NCBI GenBank assembly: GCA_051362555.1
Contig: CM120640.1
Location: 5,394,001-5,458,000 of the forward strand
Length of the DNA: 64,000 bases
Reading direction: 5' to 3'
Source: Lingula anatina
Taxonomy: Eukaryota > Animalia > Brachiopoda
A model generated the notes under the pieces. That model worked only from the letters and a program-made list of their open reading frames with translations, was not told the origin of the DNA and searched no databases. Every line of letters starts with the position of its first letter. Positions within the stretch are counted from its first letter, which is position 1. Shown piece by piece: positions 34,035 through 51,000 of this stretch. The position numbers were made by a program, and so were the translations under genes.

Positions 34035-34319
34035 TTATTGTTTCTTATTTTCAAGAGACATTATGAAATCCCATTCCTCTGAAAATACAATTTAACACCA
34101 AAGGTTATATGAACAGTACAAAAAATAACATAATTTCAGTAATTAAGCTGTAGTCCTAAAAAAAAATTATAGAATCAAGACTTAACAATGATTACCATCA
34201 TGAAACTAAGATTTTGAAGAACAAAGTTTTGGACACTATATTTTTTTTCACTAAAAAATTGGGTGTTCATAAAAATTTCTTCAAATTGGGTTTGAATATC
34301 ATGTCTCATAGACACTCAT

Positions 34320-34359
<40 letters not shown>

Positions 34360-36276
34360 TTTGTGATGGGCTGCACAGAAAGTCTGGCCCTAGTGAAAAG
34401 AGCCAATGATTTCAGAGGACCACCAGAGTCCTTGTGTTTGTGATGGATTTCTTTCAGTTCAGAGAGAGGGATGTATCTCTTGAGCATGCGAACAAACTGC
34501 ACATCTACCATATGCCAACGTGGGTCATCCTTCTTTGACTTCCTGGGAGACAAAAAAAAAAGAAAAAAAATTAAAAAGAACATTAAAACAAAATACAATT
34601 ATTTCAACTTCAAGAAAATATTCATTTTTTAATGTTGAATCTTTGAATGATTACTGTGAAGAATATCTATGTGGTTCTACAAGTTACTTGATGAATTTTT
34701 AAAAATTTTCAACAACTTTAAAACATTGAACATCTCTAAACATGATTAATATTGTTCAATGTGGTTTGTGTCATTACCCTCTGTGAAAGAATCTTTTCTG
34801 TCTTAAAACACATTTCTACTTACGGATCATAATGGATGTCCTTTTTATCAAACTGAGTGTGATCTGGGTAGCTCTCTTTCACTATCTATAAAATATAGGT
34901 TCAAAGTTTTGTGTCAGTTGCTTTTATTTCTTTTTTCACTGCATAAATAGTTAAATATTAATTTATTATTAATTAAACTCTCTTTAATAAATAAAAATTA
35001 GCACTTCATATGAAAATACAATATTTTATGATATATCTTATGAAAATACATTATATTATGTTTTATTTTAAAATGAAATTCCTTGCAACACTCACTTTTA
35101 TAATCCCTACAATACCAGGTACCTTACAATTACTGTGGTAGAAGAAGGCAAGCTGTCCAATTTTCATCTGCTTCATGAAATTTCTTGCCTAAAAAGAAAA
35201 TTTGCATTTGTACTGCGTCTATAGTTTGCTGATTAATAGTCTGAACAATCAGGCTTTATATTTGCTAATGCTTAAAAGTCTCTTTTACCTGATAATTTCT
35301 TACTCCATCCCAGCATGATATTTGGTTTTCCTCTTTCTTTAAGTCTTCAATTCCAAACTAAAATAAAAGCAAATGAAACATAAAGTATTGTGGTCTGTGA
35401 TGTTGTTCATGTTCCTTAGGGGGAAGGGGTGCCAGACAATTAAGCTGATTACATTGACTGCTCTAGCAGAGACTGAATCCTAGCTCAGATAGGTTGATCC
35501 TGCTAGTACGAAAACTTCTATTCTGAACACAGCCTTACTTTACCTTTTGAATGAACTTGGGGATGCAATATCAATTAAGTTTTATTTAGCTTCATAAAAA
35601 ATATAGACAATGAAAAAACTTTTTCTATGGACATACAAAAATGCATATGTCAAAACATAATTCTGCACTTCATAATTTGTCCATGTTCTGGACCATGAGA
35701 GAATCATGAAGAATCTGCTTTTCAGATATATTGTACATGCGTGTAGATTCATCTATAGTACACTCCAGCTTCTAATTAACTAACCTTAACATCCACCCCT
35801 CCTTCTATCCTACTCTCAGGTTCTGACTTCATAAGCCAGTGCGTGTATACAGGCTGATCTTCTGATCCTGTACTTTTTGAAGTTTTTGTCCTTTTTGGGG
35901 CAGGCTCTGCTGGTCCCTTCTCTAAAATACATTTGATAAATACCAAGAGTCTAGCTGTTTGCTTGAATAAGATGAATGTACTGATGGTTAAGTAACATAA
36001 AAACATAGTGATTAATACTGATAGATTCTGAATTGATGCCTGGTAATTTGAGGTATAAATGACATAAGATATATCCGTTGGATGTCCGAATACATAGCAT
36101 TGTAACTAATCAATGAAGAAAATTGCCTGATCCAAGGGGAACAATCTTAAACACATTCACCCTGATGGTGCCATTTATCTTATATAGCATCTTGAGGCAG
36201 TGCTATCGACAAATAAATTGACTCCAAAAAGCTGGAGATACACTTCACCTTTCCGTTGTCGCTTTTTAGGAGGCAT
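34035..36276 (-). CDS. THYN1: Thymocyte nuclear protein 1 (EVE domain); exons 36276-36249, 35921-35785, 35357-35289, 35188-35096, 34885-34824, 34542-34358, 34078-34035
   Basis: MPPKKRQRK start, HWLMKSEPESR, FGIEDLK, CWDGVRNYQARNFM, AFFYHSNCKVPGIVG, YPDHTQFD, PRWHMVDVQF, LFTRARLSVQPIT.EEWDFI. Confidence 0.95.
34322..34357. repeat. (CA)n/(TG)n microsatellite forming the donor end of the last THYN1 intron
   Basis: The minus strand reads AAAAG|GTGTGTGT... Confidence 0.9.
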
Positions 36277-36530
36277 ACTGGTTTCAATTTGTAAACATAA
36301 ACAAACACACGTGCAAATCTCCCGCAAATTTTACGACACTCGTAAATGGGATCGCGCATGTGTACTGTAAGGAAATAGCCAATATGGCGGCTGATGCGTC
36401 CGTTGCTACCTAAACGTTGAGGATATTACATTAAGGTTTTCACGGAGTTGGAATATGCCATAAAGACAATGCAGGAAAATTTAAGTAACTAATGAATTGG
36501 ACTTTTACAGGGATATGATATTTAGGTGAA
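36277..36530. promoter_or_regulatory. Probable bidirectional promoter THYN1/LRRC56
   Basis: CpG-enriched stretch with a YY1-type AATATGGCGG (36381-36390), an RFX X-box-like GTTGCTACCTAAAC (36402-36415) and an NRF1-like GCGCATGTG. The motif roles are inferred. Confidence 0.5.
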
Positions 36531-36931
36531 TATTTTCTACATACTTTGGATATAGTTTGCATTAACCTTGCTTACTAATGCCACTTTGGATGTTGTGCAC
36601 TGTGACTTTTATTGCAGACTCACCGTTGGAAGTTTGATGTTGATTTAGCCTATATAAGTGCATACCATATGGGCTGTATAGACTTATTTTTTACGTTCAC
36701 ATCAGTTATAATGTTTTGGATCATATTATATGCTAATTTATTAAACTTGCTGTTGGAAATTCGAAAAGAATTGTTTTATTTTTTAATATTTTTTATATGA
36801 CTTTACTAAACATTCTAGATCCCATCAGGTGCACATAATCATTTCTAATCTTATTGTTGATATTATACTGTTTTTAAGTGCACTGTACAACACTGGTACT
36901 CTTCTGTCCATTACCCATGAGCTGCTTTCCT

Positions 36932-37501
36932 CAGTTTTCGGCCTAACATGTTACAGTGGGTACCCAGTACTTATTGTAGGCAAGGCCTCATAACATCCTG
37001 TGTTTCAATCTGTTGAGACTATAAATATTCAGGTACTGGAAAATGTGTGTCCTCTGGCGAATCTTGAAGTATATTATAGTTCACAATTTAAAGTTCTTTT
37101 GTATCAGTTCATGCACCTGCTTGATCAAATTTTAGTTCTAGTTACAACACGAATCGTCCACTGTATGCGATATGCAAGAGTGTAATTATATCGAAATGCA
37201 GCAGAGATATAATTTGCTCTTGTATGCTGCATACAGTGGACGAATCACGATGAGTAGTTGTAACTGACTTATACCATAGCTGGCACTTGGAACAATAGGA
37301 ACGCGTATGAAGATACAGGCTAAGTCTGTTTGTGAAATACAAGTGCAATTATCCTGTTGTTCGAAGCGCCAGCCATGGTGTAGATCTTTTTAATCCAGCT
37401 ATATGGCAACTACTACTATTACACACTGCATCTGGCCCCAAGAGTTTCTACCAAAGGGTGAAGTGATGCTTTACCTGCATAGCATGTAAGGCCGGAAACT
37501 G
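36932..37501. mobile_element. ~570-bp degenerate fold-back element upstream of the LRRC56 coding exons
   Basis: Termini CAGTTTTCGGCCTAACATGTTA / TAGCATGTAAGGCCGGAAACTG (19 of 22 complementary). Central hairpin TCGTCCACTGTATGC...GCATACAGTGGACGA. Confidence 0.7.
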
Positions 37502-37700
37502 AAGCAAATAAAGAAGGGATGTATATCAGATAGTTCATATATATATGATTCTGATTATTATCATTTTTTGCACTGCACCAGTATCAAAACATTTTTATCA
37601 TTATTAGTAAAAAATACTGGTTAACATAGACATCATTAATTTTTTTCCCGAAAGTGAAAAGAAGTAACATTTCTGTTTGTTTTCTTGTAGGTGACATGAG

Positions 37701-42684
<4,984 letters not shown>

Positions 42685-45024
42685 ATGGAGAGTGTTATTA
42701 CTTTTTATGCCGTCCAAAACACCAACCACTTGTTATCTACTGGTTGTCAGCAGTACCCTGGTAATAGTGAAATGTACTGTATATTACTGTGCCATGTCTG
42801 TGTTACTCACCACGGGTTTCTTAGTGAATTGAAAACTCACCTCTGTTACAACCAATTCTGTACCATTTTCATGGTGGTGGGTAGATGATGGTCACTGTCA
42901 GTGCTTTGTAACTCAGGTGGGGTGGTACTTGGCTATCAACAAAGGATACACTATGTCCCTCCAAAAGCTGAACATCCTTGTCCAAAAACCATCCCGGCAA
43001 GCTGCACTACTACTGTAGGTGTTTGACATTCTTTCATAGAAGACAAAATTAACTGCAACATGCCAGCTCATTTGAATTGTGCTGCTCTTTCTTATAGATA
43101 ACTTGACGCTGCTGTACTGAATTTGCTGTATGAAATTTTTATGTAGTAAAAAATTATGATGTTGGAGAGCTTCACAAGAAGAACATGAAGCACAAAAACT
43201 AATTGTATACATTTGGGCAGTTATGTGAAAACAAAAGTGGGGCCACCTTTTTACTCCAGATAATTTCTTATTCAATATTGCCAATTTATAATTTTTTTGC
43301 GTGAACTTATTTATAAAATGAGGTGCATATTGTATTCGCATTTTGTTTTTGTTTCCTAAATTGACAGTGAATTAATTATTAATTATCAATATTAGTTGTT
43401 TTGTACAATGTTAAATTATTTATGGTGAATATCCAGTAGTTAATGTAAAGTTTTAACTGTCCAGGATTTGTTAAAGCTGTGGTGAACATGGATCAATAGA
43501 AGCTTGCTTGCCAAACAGTTTTTAAGGGTGACACTTGAATGGAAAAAAGAAACAGAAAAGCTAATTGATGAATAATAGAAGTTCAAAATATAATTGTGAT
43601 TTTGCAGTAAAAGACTCCCAGTTCTGGGGATGGTTTGTATTCAAACTTTAAAACAGTTCCAAGAAAAACCAGAGTTAAATGTCAATATATTAACATTTTT
43701 AAGGAATTGTACATCAATTATTAACCACAAGCCAACTTCCTGTATATTTTTTATGCTTTATAATGCTGCATAATTACATATGATTTAAACAGATAATTTC
43801 TAGAACACATCCAAATAGTGACAGGTAGAAAAGGAGGGTATTTTACTGCAGTGTTCACATTTAGGGCATTGGATGTCCAGTTTTGTGTTACTTGGGTGTT
43901 AAAACCTTGTCATTGGGTCAAGTTTAAGTGCTCTTAGTCCTAGCATTAATCTGATTATGAAACCAATTATCTCTGATAGAAGTCTTTTGTGATATGAAAA
44001 AATCAATCCTAGGAGTTTTTTTAAATTCAACTCTCACTATTAGACTTTCTATCCACTCATTAGGTACTTAGGAAATTATGATAGATTCAAGTTATCATTA
44101 GAGAAATTAATTTTTTTTCTTTGTCTTCTGCTGCAATGTCAAGTTTTGTAACGTAGGCTTATATCAATGAAATGATTAAATTTTGATTGCCTTCTGTGAA
44201 AAAAAGGATTGCTACAAGTTGATCATAAATTGCAGTGAAATGGAAGTTTTTGTTGTGAAATACACAGTTTTTCACATTTGTATTAATAACTGCCAAGTTT
44301 CTGTCTGGCCAGTTCTATTTGTACATATATTTTCAAATTATTTGCCAAAGTATACATCTGTGAAATAAAATCATGGTGAAATATGTGTTGATGCTTACTT
44401 TGTGTTGTCATTTTCTACTTCTTCCACCTAATTTTCACATTTTTCAATACAAGGTAGGTTTTTAAGTAAGCAAGATACACATAAGAAACTCAATATCACA
44501 CCAGTTGTAACGAGATAGGTTTGTATAAGAACATCATTTAGTTTTCCATTTCTACTCTTTACATACATTACCAACATTTTAGCATTTGTATAAAAACAGT
44601 CAAATACATCTGACATTCTTGACAATTTTATAGAAGTTGACAAAAATAATTTTGTTAAACTATTTAGTGTATAAATGTGGTGTGTAATAGTCAATGTGAT
44701 CTTTAATAGTAAAGCTGTTACACAAGCAAAATTTTTACAGGGACATTCAAGGTACATTCAATACTCAAGAAAAAAATTTTACAGGACTTAAAATAATTTT
44801 ATACTGTGAAAACACAGTTTAAATGAGAGGTTGTTTTGAAAATGACATTCAAACAACATTTTTAAGTATCAGATATGTAAATAATAACTCATATAATAAG
44901 CAAAAACAAATTGAACATATTGTAACTCCCTTCAAGTTCCTTTCACTGTACTATAGCAGACAGGGGATTAGTTTATAGCAAATATTTTATACAATTGACT
45001 CTCTGCCATCTACAATAACAGAAC

Positions 45025-48000
45025 TTATACAAAATAAGAAGCTAACTGTGACATTTTGTCCTTGGGTTTTCCCCTCCCTCTTCCCCTCCCACGCCCCCCT
45101 CTCCCCCTGCCTCTCCCTCCTGGCCGCCCCCTTGGTGCTCCTCCTCTTCTCTTCATGGAGGCGTACTTGATGCCAAGGAGAGGTCTTAAGATGGGGTCGC
45201 AGAACACACAACCCGAGTGTTCTATAGCGCCATCTTCTAGTGGAGATTTCTCCTGGAAAGATCAAGAGGCATCCATCACTTAAATATGCCGCTGAAGTTA
45301 ACTGTCAGAATAAATATCCATTCTATAATTTTTGACAATTTAAACAATATTTGATTGTTATGGTGATGTTTCTGCCCTTAATGAGATTTCCCTGTAATCT
45401 TTTTGTGCAAAAAGATATTTTAAAAAGTATACTGTATATTTTCAGTATTTTTTTCATCATTACACACCTTATTGAAGTCAAAATCCAAGATGGTGGCATC
45501 ACAGTCCTCACAAGTATCATCAGACAAGGCAATCTTGTGGATGTTTTCTCCCATGTTAATCACTATATTACACCTAAAAACAAACAAATCCACATGTACA
45601 TGTAAATGAACTAAAATAAATATACTGTATATTCTTTATCTTATTGAAATAACTTAAATTCCAGCAAAATCAGAAATATACTGCCAAGAAAGAAAATATT
45701 TGATATTTCTATAACCAAACACAAATTTGACTTCAGACTAAAAATATATCATGCTAGCCCGAGTCCTGCTAAAACAGAAAGTCAAGCAATACTGACTTGT
45801 TACAGGCCATCCTCCATTTGGGCGCAGAAGACTGGTCCAGGACTAGTACTCCATTCTCACACTCCACGCAGGATGCCACACCGTTCTGACCCAGAGCGTG
45901 CGGACACGTGGGGTGCGTGCATTCGTTGCATCCCATACCCTTGCGCATATCACGGAACGGAGGGTGGTTATAGCAGTATGGGCATAATGGATATGACTGC
46001 AACAGAAAAACAGAGTGCTACATTTCTATGATTGCTTCATCAAATGCTAGTGGATTGACTATCAAAATTAATACAGTTAACAGCTCAATGCAGAATGTTT
46101 TCTATTAATTATATCCCGGATATATAAGTTTTCTCTAGTCTTTGCTCAATTTTATGTAAATATTTTATCAAGGTGTCTTAATGCAACCCCAGGCTATTCC
46201 ATATGAACTACATATATTCATGGCTAATCATCCAGTGTTAAACTACTTTTTGCTTTGATAATTAACTTACCTTGCCTTTTGACCCTGTGGTCCATAAAAC
46301 CATCTCAAAGTCATCCAGTGGACATTTTATCTCCTTGTACAACTTAATGCTGCCATTTTGTGGAAGACTGAATGTCTCATCACACTGGGAGCAATGCAGA
46401 CGACTAGGTTTAGCTTGGACAAACTTCATGTACCTTCTACACTTGCCACATCTAAAATTATTCATTCCTTGAGTGTGAAAAACACAAACATGACAAAATG
46501 TAAGAGAAAACTTTAGTCATGACATTTTGCCACTTATTCAAAAATTTTGTATCCATCCTCTTGTTTTTTTGGTAACAATTACATTATTTTGATAAAGCAA
46601 TCACTCACTCACTCATTCATTTTTTGAAATTCTTTTTTGACAAATGTAAAGGGCATTTTTATGACAGCTCTTGCTATTCTAAGAAAGCAGTAGTACTTCT
46701 GTATTTCTCTGGAATACAGTACAAACTAAGGATCAGTACCTTGACAGAGGCTTGCCACTTGCAGCAAGAGGGGAGAAGGTGACCTCAAACAGCTCATCCA
46801 TCCCCAGAATATTTTGCACAAAGTATTTGAACTTCATCTCAAAGATTTTCAGCGCATGCTGCAACACGGCATCGAAGTTGGCCCGTCCGTGTGCAATGAG
46901 AGTGAGTTGCTGCTCCACGGCTGACCTCATAGTGGGGAGCACAAGGTCAGGGTCAATCTGGATAACATACGTAAAATGCCAACTCATCATGGTGGTGTAT
47001 TGAGGAGAAATTACTTTTATTACAAATTAAAGATTTTAACAATATATGATTCAATAAAATGGCTGCATTATCCCTCCTACTCTTGGCACCTTTAATTAAC
47101 TTCCCTGCCAACAGTCTCTTTTTAAACACAAATATCATAAAATAACATTTTGCTTAAAATTTTAAAGTGATTCAAGGTAGTGAATAGCCTACCTTCTGAT
47201 AGCCATGAACCAACACAATCCCCAGAGGGGTTGGCCTGAGCTTCCTGCCCCCTATGACACTGACATAGTTTCTCTCACTGATGTTATTGATATGGACAGG
47301 TATACTAGCATCAGTGCCAATGCCATGTTTCTCCATCAGTGTGATCAGTTCTGACTCAGTCAGATAATCTGGAGGGCTGGTCTGCTTCTCTACAAGACGG
47401 ACCTGAAACAACACATATTTCAAATCAAAAACCACACACTTAAATGTTCACATATATTGAAACATTATTTACCTATTGATTAATAAAAAGTGAAATGTTC
47501 AACCTTTCATCAATATTTAAATTATAATGCCCCTTATGATTATTTTGTTGATCTACTACTACAACTACTACTACTAAATTAATAGTACTACAACTACTAC
47601 TACTAAATTTACAGTACTACAACTACTACTAGTACCACTACTACTTCTATTACTCTTTCATTTCCTCTTCCACAGTATATGATGCCAAAAGAAACTTGTC
47701 TAAACCACAGCAGACTTACTTCCTCTATGCTGCAGGTCTGGTCCACCTGAAAGTTGGGCATATTCTCATCCCCAGTGATGGCCTGCCATGTCATGACTGC
47801 AGTAAAACCAGCACTGAGCAGAGTTTTGCCAGTACAGGTGAACTTCTCTGCTCCAACTTCAAAATATGCTGTAGTCTGCAGGTAGCGGCAGTCGGGACTC
47901 ACCTAGGGAGGACAGTGGATGTTGTCTTTGATTTTGATAGGATACACAATACACAATTTTCTCTTCATCATGTCTTCATTGTTTTTGAATTTATAATTGT

Positions 48001-51000
48001 TTATTGATACTGCTATAAAAACATATAGCTTTGCACTAAGAGAATCACTATCAAAAACAAAAAAGTTTCAAGATTTCTTAGTAAAACCTTCAGAATAAAA
48101 AAAGCTGAATGCCACTTTTAGCAAAGCTGTCCCTTACTATTTCATTGTAATAATAGTGTTCAATACACTGGCCAGGTGTTATTTCTCACATGCACTTACT
48201 GTAGCAATAAAATGCCTTGTAATGTAGTCATACAGTCTCCAGGCCTCATGGCCCAGTTCAGACTCAGTGGCAGGTCTCATGGGTGTGATAGGAGGATGAT
48301 CACCAGCATCTGTTCCTTTCCTAAAACACAATGAGGTCCCAAAGATAAAAGTATCATAAATTAAAACCAAGAGAGAAGGAATGTATAAAGATTCTTTAAA
48401 TAACTTCCATTCATCAGGCATTTGATGTCCATCAAGACAAAACCCCCAAAGACTGCAAAAGCAATGAGTCACTCCATGGGATGATTTAACTGTTTTTTCA
48501 AGTAAAATTGTTATGGAAAGCATTAACTTGATTGCAGCCTCCCAACATAATCACTCTGATACCGCCTACCTCTTTCTGTATGTTCACTTTTTAATTAGAG
48601 AAAAAGTTGAGAAACTGCACCAACAGTATTGGTATAAAAGTAAGGTAATTTGCAGCTTATCACAGTACTCAATGAAAAATTAAAGAAAAAAAAACTCACT
48701 TGGGTTTATTAATGCCCTGTTCCAGCAGTTCCCTCACTTCTTTTCCCCAGTCTGAGCTGTTCATCTGCTGCCTCAGTGTCCCTCTGATATAAATTGAAAT
48801 AAAATAAAATAACTTCTAATTATAAAAATAGGAAACTATAGAAATAGCATTAAACTTTCTATTTAACTACAAATATAAATCATACACACTGAAGGACCTT
48901 AATGAGCTGAAAATGTCCAGTTTACTGCTGGTGTATGAAGATCTCATTGTATACTTTCAAAGTTATTATTACTAATTAGTCATAAGATGGGTAAACAGGT
49001 TTCCACCCTAGGCCATGTTCACATTATAAACAAATTGTAAATAATGTCAATAAACTATTTCATCAATCAAAATAATAATTATGCCCTGAAATAAACAAAG
49101 CAAGACTACGATTTGGCAAGTGATAACCTAATTTCAAACAACTAATATAAGGCTCACATAAGCATTTCTGTTATCATACTCCCTCTGCATAGAGGGCATC
49201 CAGCTAAATAAGGATTGAAAAGAAGAACATTTTTTAGACATTGTGCAAACACGTCCCACTGATAAACCAACTCCCTTAGCAATTTTTAATGGTCACTAAG
49301 TACAAAAAGAACTTTCAAAATTACAAACTGTACAAATTGTCTTAATTCCTCATAGTTTCCCATAGGTTAACGAAGCAAACTATGCATGACTAGGACAATA
49401 ACCTGTAAAACACATGAAATAATAAGTACTGGGCTGCCCCCTGCAGGCTACCAATAACACACATTGCTCTCTCTCAAACCAAATTAAACCCCTGACCACC
49501 TGGGAGAGGCCGAGCAGTATGTTTGTTTTCTACACCCAGTCTGCCCCATTTCACGTCCCATGGTCAGTCGGAACTTTACAGCCATGGCAAGGAGAATGCT
49601 CTTTTCTTTAGTTTTGTTAATATTTTTTCCTACTGTTACCAAGGCAGCACCGTCACCTCAACCACAGGTGATGGAGTCATCAAGCACTTCTGCTGAAGGT
49701 TCTGATATGACAATAGCAAAAAATGACACTACTCCAGGACAAGGCAGTGTGAGTGAAGACAGTACTAATGTGAGTAAGTCTGAGGAAGATGCTAAAAAGA
49801 CAAATGTCCCTGTCGGCAGTGACCAACAAAGAATTAAAAATGGAACTGGGAGCAAACCCGCTGAAAATATTAGAAATCACACTGACAATGTTGGCCTCAT
49901 TGGAGGTAACAGATATCAAAACAGTCTTCCTGAAGCAGAAAAGCCGCATGCTGTGGAGTTCACTACTGTGCCATATACAACCCATGACACTGGTAAAGGA
50001 ACCATTCCTGCTGACAGTGTGACACAACCTGTACACATAAGCAGTACTGACAGTATGGACAGCAAAGCAGCAGTTACTGTCTCCTTAGAAAATGTAACAA
50101 AGCACAGTCTACCAGTTGGAAATCCTCCAGACAACAAACTTCAATTGAAATCAAACCCTTTGAATGTCAAGGAAAACTCTACCAATCCAAGCCAGACATC
50201 ACTTTCAGCTTATCTCCAAAAGGTACACAGCACAAAAAGAGATGATATCAAAAATGGAACGCAAAACGAAAAAGAAAAGCCAAAAATGAGAATAACTGTT
50301 CGAGTTGATGGCTGGAACTTCATGGAAATGTTGTCTAAAGAGTATAGGGTTAAACCAACTCCAGCAAAGTCACCTAAACACAGTGTACTTTTTGATGTGC
50401 TTAATCCCAAATATGATGAAAAGGGGGTAAAGAGTAAAATGAAAATTGGGCTGAAAGTTACCCCTTTAGATAAACCACTGGAGTTAGATGCTGAGGAATC
50501 CGACAATTCAATTAAAGAAATTTCACCTCTTCAGGAAGTATCAAATGTTCATAATCAAGATAAAACCATGCCTAAAGCTGCCAGTATCACAACTGTTATT
50601 ACAGAAAAACCTAACACAGCTGGACCAGCAGGTGGTCCAGTCCACTTAATTGCCTCTCTTCCGAAATCCAGAAATAGAAACCAGACAGTAAATAATACCA
50701 CTACGGTAAGACCAGATCAAAGCAACCAAATCCTTTTGCTGCCTGGAGCATTGCTGTCCACTCAAGTGACGCAACCACCTGCTATTACCACCAGACAAAG
50801 TATACTGAAACTTACTGAGCAGAACAGTGAGCAGCAGCCCATCAGAGCTGACCTGAAAACCAACATCAATACCGCTGCGAATTCGGCACCAACAACAGCA
50901 AAAACAACTACAACAAGTTCCATCTCTGAAACCATGAGCAGTCAAGTCCAGATGACTTTACTGCCAGGATATGAGATAGCCAATGATACTGAAGAAGTCA

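Noticed and set aside
45025-45150. RGG-rich tail as a separate or novel RNA-binding protein
   Set aside because: It is the known RGG box in the last exon of TOP3B.
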